From positions 8,806-72,805 of IMG/VR virus record IMGVR_UViG_3300022309_000005: 64,000 bases of DNA; one strand, written 5' to 3'. The notes beneath the pieces are model-generated. The model was not told where the DNA came from, searched no databases, and saw nothing but the letters and a program-made list of their open reading frames with translations. How positions within the stretch are numbered: the stretch's first letter is position 1; each line of letters opens with the position of its first letter. The translations under genes and the position numbers were made by a program. Positions 43,399-53,501 of the stretch are shown in pieces. The stretch comes from a virus. Its lineage: Duplodnaviria > Caudoviricetes.

Positions 43399-44496
43399 CT
43401 ACTGTCTCCCGAAGACGACGACATAAAAGATCTTGCTCGCAGTGGCAAAGTTGATTGCATTCACAACCGCCGGAGGGGGCGTGTATGTAATGAAAGACCC
43501 ATAGACGCGAACTCCGGCAAACGGCGGGCCAACCGGAGACACAACCGCGCCGTAATTATCTATGGGATTCGGTGAGCCGAAGGAGTACTGCTGAACGATG
43601 ATTGCAACCGCGTTCTGTTCGGAAAGCGGCTCCGCAAGCGTCAATTCGACATACGCCTGGGTTCCGCCAATTGCGACCGAGGCGATGTTCATTCCGCCAA
43701 GGAGCGCCACTCCCCCCAGGCCATCGGTCTGCACGAACGCCCAAGCCTTCGCGATGCTGGCCGGAGTGATACGGTTCTTGAGGCCGACATTTGGATTTGG
43801 GTTCGCGACGCCATCAAGATCGAGATCCCCATTCGACAGCTTGCACGCCGTCTGCCTCGTGACTGCTGTCGCCGCCGTTCCATTGGCAAGCACGGCGCCA
43901 GCGAATCCCGCCCCGCCCGTGGCCTGGACGCCCGGCTTGCCCGCGGCGCCCGTGGCTTCAATGGATGCGCCCTTCAAGTTCTGAGTCGCCTCGATGTTGC
44001 CGGTGATGACGAGCCCGGTCGAGGAGAGCGCGGCCCTTTTTGTCCCGAGGACGGAGAGCCCAAGCACGCCCGCCGAGTCCTTGTATATCCCGGTCGTCTG
44101 CTCCGACTTGAATGCGTAGCTCGGGGTGGCGGGAAGCCCGTTCGGAGCCCAGTACCCATCAAAGGAGTCAACATTCCCTTCGTTGGTGCTGATTCCGCCT
44201 CCAGTGATCTTCAGCTTCAGCTCTCCGGCTACCGCAATGCCGAGTTCGTTCTCGGCGATACGATACATGCCGGTATCGGTATCGAGCCCGAATACGAGGC
44301 CTGGCCCGCCCTGGGCACCATCGACGATCTTCAGCGGCCCCAACATCCCGCCCTGTCCGCTCCTGGACAGCGATTCGGTCAAGGCCGTTGCGATGTCCGA
44401 AAGCGTCTGGTTCGCCCAGGTGGGCGTGATGGTCGTCCCCTCGACAACCGGGTTGCCGGCCGGAAGCGTGTAGGTCCCGCTCGGGTTGCGCGCCAT
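43399..44496 (-). CDS. Tail fibre (B)
   Basis: Homolog of 7080-8168 with divergent C-terminus. Confidence 0.82.
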   Translation of the reverse strand: MARNPSGTYTLPAGNPVVEGTTITPTWANQTLSDIATALTESLSRSGQGGMLGPLKIVDGAQGGPGLVFGLDTDTGMYRIAENELGIAVAGELKLKITGGGISTNEGNVDSFDGYWAPNGLPATPSYAFKSEQTTGIYKDSAGVLGLSVLGTKRAALSSTGLVITGNIEATQNLKGASIEATGAAGKPGVQATGGAGFAGAVLANGTAATAVTRQTACKLSNGDLDLDGVANPNPNVGLKNRITPASIAKAWAFVQTDGLGGVALLGGMNIASVAIGGTQAYVELTLAEPLSEQNAVAIIVQQYSFGSPNPIDNYGAVVSPVGPPFAGVRVYGSFITYTPPPAVVNAINFATASKIFYVVVFGRQ

Positions 44497-44507
44497 GGTG
44501 TCGTCTC

Positions 44508-46259
44508 CTATCTCACGTTCCGGAGCGCCTCGGCAAGGCGCCGCCGCCTGCGCTTCTCCTCGGGCTCGCGCGGAGTCTCCTCCGGCTCCATCGCCAGCGC
44601 CCGCGCCATCGCCGAGCCCAGGCCCGCCCCGGTCGCCATGCGTTCGGCGACGGGCGTCATGGCCGCCAGCCTGGACGCTCCGAAGAGCGCCCGCGCGGCC
44701 GGATCTGCCACGCCAGCGGCCCAGGTCGAGGGGCCGCGGCTGCGGGCGATGTTGAGGGGTATGCGCGTCAGGAGCGGCCACCAGCTCCCGGAGGCCGCCG
44801 AGGCTGCTGTCTCCACCACCCCGGGCCCCATGCTGCGCGTCGACGCCCGCTGCACGCCTCTCTCCGCGGCCTCTTCCGCCTCGATCAGTCTCCCGAGTCG
44901 CTGCTTCACCGGAATGAAGCTCTGGGCCGCCTCGACGATCTCCGGCGTTGCGGTTGGCGCAGCGGCCGCCTCCATGATGGCGCGCTCGTTCGCCTCGCGC
45001 AGTATGGATGCGACCTCTCGGCGAGCTTCGTTCAGCGGCGTCTCTTCAATGCGACCGTATCGGGCCTGTTGCTGGAGGGAGCGCTTGAGGTCTTCGGCCT
45101 GGCTCAGCCCGAGCTTTCCGCGGCGCCCAAGCCCGGCCTGTTCCCCGAGCCGCGCCTTTTCGACGAGCTGCTCGCCGGTACCAACGTACAGCTCGGGGAT
45201 GGCCTCGATGGTCGTGCGGGGGCGAATCTCAGCGGAGCGCAGAACGAGATCGCGCGCCAGGATCCGCGCGTCCGGACCCTGGACCCCGGCCCGCTCGAGC
45301 GCGTCGACAATCTCGCCGTAGGTGGTGCCCACCGCTTCGCTCTGACGGACCAGGCGACCGTAGGCCCCTTCGGTCGTGCCGAACGGGACGATGCCGCCCT
45401 CGCGGATGGCGGCAAGGGCCACCTCGTCGGGCAGCTTGGCGCGCGTGCTGAGTTGATCCGCCCCGCCCAGGAGCGCCCGGCGCCCCCACTTCGCCGCCGA
45501 CTTCTCTGCCACCCGGCCGGCCGCCCGAAGCGCAGCCGGGGCCGCCTTCCCGAGCGCAGCGCCGGCCAGACCGCCGGCGGTCCCGAGCGCCGCGCCGCGG
45601 CCGACCTCGCGCAGGGCCTCCTGGCTGCCCGGGGGCTCCGCGCTCGAGCCCAGGCCGGCCAGACCGCCAGCGCCTCCGGCCGAAGCCAGGAGGCGAGCGG
45701 CGTTCGCCGCCGCCGTCCCACCCATGCCTGGCTGGGCGCCCGGGAGAAGTCCGGTGGCGAGCGAGCCCGCCAGCTCGCCGGCCATGTACTCCCGCGGGCG
45801 CTGCTTCTGAGCCTGCACCAGCTCCGTCCGCATCCGGTCCCGGAACTGCTCGTAGGCGAGCGGATCGCCCCGGACCGCCGCGAGCTGCTGGGCGAGGGCC
45901 TCTTCCTTGATGCGTCGGATCTCCGGGGTGTCGTCGGGCGAGGGGGCGAATTGTGGCCCGAGCGTCACTGGGGGAGGCTGGAGCCCGGCCCCGGTCGCCA
46001 GCCCGGCCCCCAGCTCCTCGCCGAAGCCGAGCGTCCCGCCCTGGGACAGGCCGAGGATCTGGGCGCGGTTCGGCGTGATGGCGCCCGGGTCGTAGCCCCC
46101 GGAGAGCCTCACGCCCTGCGCGTACGGATCCGGCGTCACGTCCGGCAGGCCCAGGGCCGCAGCCTCGTCCGGGGCGAGCAGACGTCCGGGCGCGGCGGCC
46201 GGCTCGGTGTCCAGACCCAGCGCCCGCGCCTCTTCGGCGGTGAGAAGTCGAGGGGGCAT
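44508..46259 (-). CDS. Ejection protein 3 (B)
   Basis: Homolog of 8180-9934. Confidence 0.7.
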   Translation of the reverse strand: MPPRLLTAEEARALGLDTEPAAAPGRLLAPDEAAALGLPDVTPDPYAQGVRLSGGYDPGAITPNRAQILGLSQGGTLGFGEELGAGLATGAGLQPPPVTLGPQFAPSPDDTPEIRRIKEEALAQQLAAVRGDPLAYEQFRDRMRTELVQAQKQRPREYMAGELAGSLATGLLPGAQPGMGGTAAANAARLLASAGGAGGLAGLGSSAEPPGSQEALREVGRGAALGTAGGLAGAALGKAAPAALRAAGRVAEKSAAKWGRRALLGGADQLSTRAKLPDEVALAAIREGGIVPFGTTEGAYGRLVRQSEAVGTTYGEIVDALERAGVQGPDARILARDLVLRSAEIRPRTTIEAIPELYVGTGEQLVEKARLGEQAGLGRRGKLGLSQAEDLKRSLQQQARYGRIEETPLNEARREVASILREANERAIMEAAAAPTATPEIVEAAQSFIPVKQRLGRLIEAEEAAERGVQRASTRSMGPGVVETAASAASGSWWPLLTRIPLNIARSRGPSTWAAGVADPAARALFGASRLAAMTPVAERMATGAGLGSAMARALAMEPEETPREPEEKRRRRRLAEALRNVR

Positions 46260-47366
46260 CTACTCCTCCACCCAGCCCTTGGCCGTCTTCGTGTACCGCT
46301 TCCCGCCGATGGTGCGCGTTTCGGCTGGCGTCGGCGGGGGGGCGGCGAGGCCGAGATCCGGCAGGACTTCGGCCGGATCCAGGCCGGCGCGCTGGACGTA
46401 TCCGCCGAACTCCCGAGACAGCTTCAGGGCCGGCGCGGCCTGCGCCGTGTAGAGACCCTGCCCGAGCCTCACGAAGGACGAGCGCTGATCCGGGGTCAAG
46501 AATTGGCCATCGAGCGCCTTGTTGTAGAGGTTCTTGATCTGCTCCGGGATGCCGGCTGCGTTGCGGGCCGTCGCGTACTCGCCTTCACGGACTGCTGAGC
46601 CCGGGTCGAGCATCTTCATGTAGCTGAAGATCATCGCCATGTCGCCGGCCGCGTTGGACGAGGCGGCGCCGCGCTGGAGCTTGTCGAGCGCAACGCGCAG
46701 GGAGATCGCTTCCTTCACGGGCTGGAGGCCCATGAACTCCTTGCGGATGTCCTGGCCCAGCTTCGTCAGGTCCTCGCCCTTCTTCGTGGCCGCCAGCTTC
46801 TCGGCCGACGCGAGCTTGCGCGCCGCCTGCCCCGACTCGAACTCCTGCCCACCGAGCCGCTCGCCGCGGGCGAACTCCTGCTGCTGGAGCCGCTGCGCGT
46901 ACGGCCCGAGGACTGGATCTCCGGACACGGCGGCGGTCTGGATCATCCGCTGGCGCCCGAGAAGCGCATCGGCGAGGGCCTGTTGCCGCTCTTCCGGCGT
47001 CGCCTCCGGGAGGATGCCCGAGACGTCCGGAGCGGTGAGGCCCTGGAGCGCCGCGGCCCGACCGCGGGCCTGGGCGCGCTGGTTCTCAGCGATGGCCTCG
47101 CGGGCGCGCCCCTCGCCGAGGAGCGAGGCCCCGGTCTGGAGCACGTCGCCGATCCCGCCCAGGGCCGCGCCCCATCCCGTCGTGTGCTGGCGCCCGAGCC
47201 CCTGCCGAAGGGCCGCGGCCTGGGCGAGCTGCTGGCGCAGAAGCTCGTCTCGACCCGCCAGCTCGCCGAGGTCGAGGACCTCCTCGTAGGGCGTGGTCCC
47301 TGGCACGGTTGGCGCCCCGCCGTAGGCCGGACCGCTCATCATCGCTCGGAGTCGCTGCGGTGCCAT
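46260..47366 (-). CDS. Ejection protein 2 (B)
   Basis: Homolog of 9935-11041. Confidence 0.75.
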   Translation of the reverse strand: MAPQRLRAMMSGPAYGGAPTVPGTTPYEEVLDLGELAGRDELLRQQLAQAAALRQGLGRQHTTGWGAALGGIGDVLQTGASLLGEGRAREAIAENQRAQARGRAAALQGLTAPDVSGILPEATPEERQQALADALLGRQRMIQTAAVSGDPVLGPYAQRLQQQEFARGERLGGQEFESGQAARKLASAEKLAATKKGEDLTKLGQDIRKEFMGLQPVKEAISLRVALDKLQRGAASSNAAGDMAMIFSYMKMLDPGSAVREGEYATARNAAGIPEQIKNLYNKALDGQFLTPDQRSSFVRLGQGLYTAQAAPALKLSREFGGYVQRAGLDPAEVLPDLGLAAPPPTPAETRTIGGKRYTKTAKGWVEE

Positions 47367-47367
47367 G

Positions 47368-48147
47368 TCAGAGCCCCAGGAGGAACGGCAAGAACTGGAG
47401 GAGCGCGCCGCCCGCCTGGGCGCCGCCGCCGATGGTGTCGGCGAGCATCTGCTGCTGCGCCTGCCACCTGGCGATGTCCGCATTGGACTGGGCGATCCCC
47501 GCCGGGAGGAGCTGGGCGCCCTGGGTCTGCTGGACGCCTGGCATCGCCAAGAAGCCTTGGAGCTGGGACAGTTCCTCAAGCGGCTGCGCGCGCCCGCGTA
47601 GGGCCTCGGCAAGGGCCTGCTGGCGCGCCGAGAGGTTCTGGCCGAACATCGCCTGTCCGGCGGCGGCCCCCTGTCCAATGGCGGCGTTCAGCGCGCTCTG
47701 GTAGGCGTCCGTGCGCTGCGTCCCGAGCTCGCCCATGGCGCCGCGGTACGCCTCCGAGGTCGGGTCGAGCCCCTGCCCGAGGAGCTGCGTCCGGAGCGCC
47801 TCCTCGCGCCGCGCCCACATCGGGTCCAATCGGGAGGCCGCCTGCCCGTAGGCCGCCTCGATGGCCTGCTGTCGGGCCTGCTCGCCCGTGCCGAGCCCGG
47901 GGAGGCCACTCAGGTCGAGCGGCTGGCCAAGGGCCGCAGCCGCTTGGCCCCCCACCTGTTGGGCCGCGCCGGCGAGCGGGCCCCCGAAGCCGGTCTGCAT
48001 CCCCCACTGCCCCGTCGCCGGATCCTGCGTCCAGGTCTGCGTTCCGAATGGCGTCGTGATGTCCGGCCGGTTCGCCGCCGTGGTCTGCTGGGCCTGCTCG
48101 CGAGCCAAGCCCATGAAATCCGGGGGTCTAGGTGCCTGTTGACCCAT
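47368..48147 (-). CDS. Ejection protein 1 (B)
   Basis: Homolog of 11043-11819. Confidence 0.75.
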   Translation of the reverse strand: MGQQAPRPPDFMGLAREQAQQTTAANRPDITTPFGTQTWTQDPATGQWGMQTGFGGPLAGAAQQVGGQAAAALGQPLDLSGLPGLGTGEQARQQAIEAAYGQAASRLDPMWARREEALRTQLLGQGLDPTSEAYRGAMGELGTQRTDAYQSALNAAIGQGAAAGQAMFGQNLSARQQALAEALRGRAQPLEELSQLQGFLAMPGVQQTQGAQLLPAGIAQSNADIARWQAQQQMLADTIGGGAQAGGALLQFLPFLLGL

Positions 48148-48148
48148 A

Positions 48149-48562
48149 TCAAGCCGCCTTTCTACGCTCGATCTCGGCGCCCACTGGGAGCCGCAGCTCG
48201 AGGATGAGCAAGTCGTCGCCAGCCGCCCAGCCGTCCGTAATCCTGCATTTTTCCACGAATCCCATGCGCTTGGCCAGCGCCACGGACCGCGCCCGGTGAG
48301 CCGGGACAAGCCCCAGGGCGAGCGAGCGGCCGACCTGGGCGAGGTACTCAAAGAAGGCCGCCCGGAGGGTCCGCGCCGCGATGGGGGCGTCGAGCGCGAC
48401 GTGGCACTGACACCCCGACTCCGTCCAGGCGTCGAAGGCGACCATGCCGCGGATCTCCCCGGCGGAGTCCACGGCGGCGATGGCGCGGGCGCCGGCGGTG
48501 GGCGCGTAGCCCGTCCGGCTGGCGATCCAGGCCAGCTCCTCGGCGGTGGCCGCTCGCGCCAT
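48149..48562 (-). CDS. GNAT-like protein (B)
   Basis: Homolog of 11821-12237. Confidence 0.72.
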   Translation of the reverse strand: MARAATAEELAWIASRTGYAPTAGARAIAAVDSAGEIRGMVAFDAWTESGCQCHVALDAPIAARTLRAAFFEYLAQVGRSLALGLVPAHRARSVALAKRMGFVEKCRITDGWAAGDDLLILELRLPVGAEIERRKAA

Positions 48563-50130
48563 CACAGCGGCCCCCCGGTCGTGAAGGTGACGTCCACGCC
48601 CACCAGCGTACTCCGGGCGATGGCGTTCCAGCGCACGGCGACCGCGGCCTCGCGCCCCATGCCGGACGCGCCGCGGATCGGGGCCGTGGTGAGGTAGTCC
48701 GGCCCCCACTTGGACACACCCCAGACAGCGGAGCCCCACGCGCTCGGACCGCCGCCGCCAACGCCGCTCGGGCCGGCGGGCTCGTCCGTGGCGTACCCGT
48801 ACCGCGCCACCGTCGTCGAGGCGATGTTGGCCGCCCCGCCGACGAAGATCGGGCGGATCGTCTGGATCTGCTTCCACCGCTGATCGCCGAGCGTCTGGTA
48901 AGCCGTCAGGACCGACGCCTCGACGGGCGCGCCGTCGTCGAGCCAGTTGATGGTCCGGCACACCCGCCCGTCCGCCGTGCCGAAGAAGAGCAGGCCATCC
49001 CAGGTCGCCGCCGAGAAGACGGGGAGGCCCCTCCAGCGCGTGGCCGCCCCGGTGACCGTCGAAATGGCGATCTGTTCGGTGGGCGAGCCGCCCACGGTCG
49101 GAATGGCGACGAGGATCGCGCGGTCCAGTGGGTGCAGGTAGAGCGCCCAGCCCCGGAGGGTCCCGCGCTGCGCCGCGAGCGCGGAGAAAATGGGGTCTAC
49201 CCAGCGCGTGACGTAGATCTTCCGGTCCTGCGGATCCGAGCCGAGCACGAGCCGGGAGAGCGGGAGCACGCCGATCAGCGTCAAGAGGAGCAGCTCTCCG
49301 CCGCTGTCCATGGCGATGTTCCGGCCGCGCGGCACGCCTCCGGTGTACCAGCTCCCCTTGACTTCCCAAGTCGAAGCGCTCGCCGGATCCGTGCCCCGGT
49401 ACACAACCACGTCCCCGCCGCTTCCGACGATGACGAGCAGATCGTCCGGGCCCGCACCGCCGTCGTAGCTCCAACTCCACACCCCTACGACAGTTCCACC
49501 GTGCGGCAGGAGCGCGCCCACGGCGAACTTGACCGCCGTGCCATAGATGGCTCCGGCCGGCAGATACCAGAGATTTGCGGTGTCACGTTCGGCGAACCAG
49601 ACGCGACCCTTGTGCGTCGTCACGAAGACGAGCTTGGACGGGTCCACGCCGTTGATCTCGGTTGGTCCGGCACCGCCGACAACCTTGGACCACGAAGCCG
49701 AGGATTCCGAATACAAATAATATCCGTTCTCCTCGTCGCAGTACGCGAGAAAGTGTCCGGCCGCAGTCACGCAACCGCGAGACACGCCATAACCCGAGTC
49801 CCCGGATACCGTCGGGAACACCGCAATTTGCGACGGAGGGCCGCCGTAGGCCGTGACGTTCCAAATGCCCGTGGCCGTGGTTGCGAACAGGCGATCTCCG
49901 CTGGATGCCGCTGCGGCCCCCGCGAACGCCATCATGCTGCGCACTTCGCCGGTCGCGCCGCCCGTCAAGCCGCTCAGCCACTCGTCGAAGCCGCTCCGCG
50001 CCCGCAGCCCAAGCTCGTCCGGGATGGCGTTCCAGGCGTAGACGCAGCGATCCGCGCGCATCGCCCCGGCCGGGGAGATGGCGTCGATCCCCATGCTCGG
50101 CGCTGGCATGTTGGCGCTCGAGACTGGCAT
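48562..50130 (-). CDS. Tail tubular protein B (B)
   Basis: Homolog of 12234-13802. Confidence 0.8.
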   Translation of the reverse strand: MPVSSANMPAPSMGIDAISPAGAMRADRCVYAWNAIPDELGLRARSGFDEWLSGLTGGATGEVRSMMAFAGAAAASSGDRLFATTATGIWNVTAYGGPPSQIAVFPTVSGDSGYGVSRGCVTAAGHFLAYCDEENGYYLYSESSASWSKVVGGAGPTEINGVDPSKLVFVTTHKGRVWFAERDTANLWYLPAGAIYGTAVKFAVGALLPHGGTVVGVWSWSYDGGAGPDDLLVIVGSGGDVVVYRGTDPASASTWEVKGSWYTGGVPRGRNIAMDSGGELLLLTLIGVLPLSRLVLGSDPQDRKIYVTRWVDPIFSALAAQRGTLRGWALYLHPLDRAILVAIPTVGGSPTEQIAISTVTGAATRWRGLPVFSAATWDGLLFFGTADGRVCRTINWLDDGAPVEASVLTAYQTLGDQRWKQIQTIRPIFVGGAANIASTTVARYGYATDEPAGPSGVGGGGPSAWGSAVWGVSKWGPDYLTTAPIRGASGMGREAAVAVRWNAIARSTLVGVDVTFTTGGPL

Positions 50131-50133
50131 GGC

Positions 50134-50856
50134 CTACCCGTATCCCGTCACTGGGAGGTTCTGCCAGTCGAGCATGCGGAGCCCGGGGCCTGGACGATCC
50201 AGCGTCAGGGCCGGGTGAGCCGGGATCGACGTGGCGATGGCGATCCGCTTCAGGCGCTCGAACTCGGCGCGCGCCGCCTCTGCTCCGGGGAGCTGTCGGC
50301 GCTCCCGGAACATGGCGATCAGCATCGGAACCAGCAGGGTCGCGTCGTAGAGCAACACGTCGGTGTTGAGCGTCGGCGCGTCCTTGGCCGGCGTGGTTGT
50401 CGCCGCCAGGGCCACCCAGTTCCGCGAGAGGTACTCGTAGGCGATGGTCTCCCCGGCCGCCGGGGGCTGCGGCCAGAGCTCCACCTTGCCAGCCAGCGGC
50501 CTGAAGGTGGCGGTGTAGGCCGTGGCTCCCGAGGTGGCCTTGAGGTACTGCCAGACCTCCCCGTTGACGGGCTGCATCTGCACCTCGACGGAGCGATTCC
50601 AGGCCGTCTGGGGCAGCATCCGCGAGAAGTCCGCCGGGAGGTTGTAGGACGTGTCCGTGGTGGTGGCGAAGCTGGCCTCGACCCGGAGCTGCACCCACTC
50701 GGCATCGAGCGCCAGCGCGCGCCCCCCACTCTTCAGGAGGGCGCGCATCTGGACGATGGCCGGATCCGTTGAGCCGAAAACGTCGGACACCGCCTCGAGT
50801 CCACACTCGACGGCGGCATCCGAGACGACTTCAGCGACGGATCCGAAGAGCGCCAT
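50134..50856 (-). CDS. Tail tubular protein A (B)
   Basis: Homolog of 13806-14528. Confidence 0.78.
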   Translation of the reverse strand: MALFGSVAEVVSDAAVECGLEAVSDVFGSTDPAIVQMRALLKSGGRALALDAEWVQLRVEASFATTTDTSYNLPADFSRMLPQTAWNRSVEVQMQPVNGEVWQYLKATSGATAYTATFRPLAGKVELWPQPPAAGETIAYEYLSRNWVALAATTTPAKDAPTLNTDVLLYDATLLVPMLIAMFRERRQLPGAEAARAEFERLKRIAIATSIPAHPALTLDRPGPGLRMLDWQNLPVTGYG

Positions 50857-50864
50857 CGTCGGAC

Positions 50865-51659
50865 CTACTGGTTATCGATGATCTGGTTGACCTTCGCCGC
50901 CAGCTCGGCGACGGCATCCGTCAGGGTCCTGACCGAATCGCGGTTGTCGTTGACCTTCGCCGCGAGCTGCGCGATGGCGGCCGTGGTGGGGGCGATGTCG
51001 GCGCTCCCGGCGTTGGCGAGCTGAGTCACGACGGCGATCGTGTCGTCCCCGGGATCCACGCCGCCGGACTGATCGACGATGAGATCGACGGTGGCGACGG
51101 GGTCGATGGCTCCGTTGGGCGGGGTGGGCGCGCCGCTGTTGTCCACGATGGGCTGGACGGCATAGGCGGACGGGTAGTGGGGATACTGGATCTCGAACTC
51201 GGCGAGGCCGTTGTCGAAGTCGCGGTTGGATGCCCCGCGAGCCCCGGAGACCTTGTCTCCGGACACCACGGCATCATCGATGACGCCGGGCGTGACGGTG
51301 GCGTACACCGGGCCGTTGTCGGAGTAGTCCGCGGCGCAAAGGCCGAGCGCCTTGCCGGTGATCTGGTACCAGCCGAACTCGCCGGCCCCGCAGGCCGACA
51401 TCGCCACGGCCACCGGGCCGCCGTAGGCGCCGCCGCCCTCGACGAGGTTGGTGGAGTGGTCGTCCTCGAAATAGCACGCCCAGGAGCCGACCGTGGTCCC
51501 GGCGACGCCCTTCAGGTAGATGAACTCGGCCGAACCATAGGCATCATCCCGGAAGGTGGCCCGCGTGCCCAGCGGGTGATTCTGTGTCGTCGAGGCCTGC
51601 TGGCAGGGCTGCAAGCCGAGCTGCCCGCCGTACTGCTTCCAGGTTCCAATCGTCGCCAT
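50865..51659 (-). CDS. Capsid decoration protein with extension (B)
   Basis: Homolog of 14538-15326. Confidence 0.65.
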   Translation of the reverse strand: MATIGTWKQYGGQLGLQPCQQASTTQNHPLGTRATFRDDAYGSAEFIYLKGVAGTTVGSWACYFEDDHSTNLVEGGGAYGGPVAVAMSACGAGEFGWYQITGKALGLCAADYSDNGPVYATVTPGVIDDAVVSGDKVSGARGASNRDFDNGLAEFEIQYPHYPSAYAVQPIVDNSGAPTPPNGAIDPVATVDLIVDQSGGVDPGDDTIAVVTQLANAGSADIAPTTAAIAQLAAKVNDNRDSVRTLTDAVAELAAKVNQIIDNQ

Positions 51660-51677
51660 CGCGTGCGTTCTCCTTGA

Positions 51678-52328
51678 CTACTTCGTGGTCTTGCTGTCCT
51701 TCGGCTTCTCGGCGGCCGCCTTCTCGAGCGCCTCGATGCGCGCCATGAGCTTCTCGTTGTTCTCGCGCAACTCGGCGAGCGGGGCGTCGCTGCTCATCGC
51801 CGCGAGGTAGTTCTGTGCCTTCTGGCGCTCGGTGACGATCCCGCGCCCCATCTGCTGGAGCGCCGAGTCCGGCACCGCCGCGAGCTGCTCGACCGTGGCG
51901 ACGCCGAAGTGATCCAACTCCTTCACGCGCTCGGGCGGGAGGGCGCCCCACTTCTCCAGCGGCATCCCGGAGACCTGCTGCGCGCCGTTCCGGAAAGCCT
52001 CGTACTGCACAGGATACAGGTACGGGTCGAGGTTCGGCCGGACGGGGCGCTGGACGATGGAGTCCTTGTCGCCCGGCGTGAGGATCTCGATGTACTCCTC
52101 GGGCTTGTAGATCGGCCGTCCGGCCGACTCCACCCACCGCTTCTTCATCTCCCCGGTCTTGGGATCCAACTCCTCGACGTGCCCGCCGTACGTGGCCACC
52201 TCGTCGAGCTTCGAGACGTGGAAGAAGCGGATGAACTTCGGATCCGCCGGCTTGATGTCTCCCCGGCGGACCACTTCGAGCTCGTTGATGGCCGCGAGCG
52301 GCGGCGGTCCCAGCTTGAACGGCTGCAT
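51678..52328 (-). CDS. Conserved post-capsid protein (B)
   Basis: Homolog of 15348-15998. Confidence 0.75.
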   Translation of the reverse strand: MQPFKLGPPPLAAINELEVVRRGDIKPADPKFIRFFHVSKLDEVATYGGHVEELDPKTGEMKKRWVESAGRPIYKPEEYIEILTPGDKDSIVQRPVRPNLDPYLYPVQYEAFRNGAQQVSGMPLEKWGALPPERVKELDHFGVATVEQLAAVPDSALQQMGRGIVTERQKAQNYLAAMSSDAPLAELRENNEKLMARIEALEKAAAEKPKDSKTTK

Positions 52329-52405
52329 GCATCACCTCGCGGGTGTTCGGGTGAAGCGGGCAGGCCCGGCCACCCGTAACCAGGCCCGCCCGCCCGGTGC
52401 AACAA

Positions 52406-53380
52406 CTAGTCGCCCTTGAGCCGGCCGCAGTACTGCATCCCGGAGCCGCACAGGTTGCCGGCGAAGCCGAGGAACTGGCTCGTCGCGTCCTGGTTGTAGG
52501 CCGAGCGCTCCTTCTGGCCGAGCGGGACCATGTTCGTTCCGGAGTGCGGGCGCCACCGGATCTTCATCGTGTTCAGGAAGTACATGTCGGTGCTCGTCGC
52601 AAAACCCCCGACGCCGCCATCGAGCACCACGTCCGCGCCCATGTACTTGAGGGCCGGGAAGCCCAGCTCGCCCACGGCCGCCGAGGTGAACTGCTGGAGC
52701 ACCTGGAGGCTCGCCAAAAACGTCGCCCAGATGGTGGAGCCGGCGAGGATGAGGTCGGGCCTGTCGGTGCCGCGCACGCACTTGGCCCAGAGCGCGTTCA
52801 TGCTCGCCTGGATGGTGCTCGGGGTGGGCGTCACCGCCGGATCCACGAACTGGCTCCGCCACCACTCGTTGCCGGCCGTGGCGCGGTTGATGCCGCCATA
52901 GGTGCCCACCGTGGGGTCCTGGGGGACGGCGATATCGAGGCCGGTGATGGCCTTGCCGCCGGAGCCCGTCCCATCGCTGTAGATGCCCTGGGCGATCTGG
53001 TTCGCCATCGTGGCCTGGGCGTTGCGCACCTTGCCGGCGAGCAGATCGACGATCTGCGCCTTCCCGCCGTTCTGGATGCCCTCGAGGCCGGACATCACGA
53101 CGCCCACCGCGTACTGTTTGATGGCGTACTCGGCCGCGGTGAGGACCTCGGCGTTGGCGGTGGGGAGGACGTCGTAGCCCGAGAAGTAGCCGCCGTTCGC
53201 GTTCTCGGTGTAGTCGAGGGGCTCGACGATCTTGTAGCCGCCGTCGAAGGTGCGCACCCGGCCGCGCTTGTTGAGCTGGGCCAGGACGGCGTTGTTCTTC
53301 GTGACGTTGTCGGCGGTCTCTTTCGAGTGCGCCGCGAGGGAGGTTGCGAGGATCTGCCCGTAGTTCGGATTGCCTGCCAT
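52406..53380 (-). CDS. Major capsid protein (B)
   Basis: Homolog of 16073-17047. Confidence 0.9.
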   Translation of the reverse strand: MAGNPNYGQILATSLAAHSKETADNVTKNNAVLAQLNKRGRVRTFDGGYKIVEPLDYTENANGGYFSGYDVLPTANAEVLTAAEYAIKQYAVGVVMSGLEGIQNGGKAQIVDLLAGKVRNAQATMANQIAQGIYSDGTGSGGKAITGLDIAVPQDPTVGTYGGINRATAGNEWWRSQFVDPAVTPTPSTIQASMNALWAKCVRGTDRPDLILAGSTIWATFLASLQVLQQFTSAAVGELGFPALKYMGADVVLDGGVGGFATSTDMYFLNTMKIRWRPHSGTNMVPLGQKERSAYNQDATSQFLGFAGNLCGSGMQYCGRLKGD

Positions 53381-53501
53381 GTGACTCACCACGAGAAAGC
53401 TCTGCGCAGCTCTTCGCGCGTGGGTGGCCAGTCGCCACTCGCCGCGCCCCGCTGCGTCTGGGGCTTCCCGGGTGAGTCTCTGACTCCCGGCGCTTCGTCT
53501 T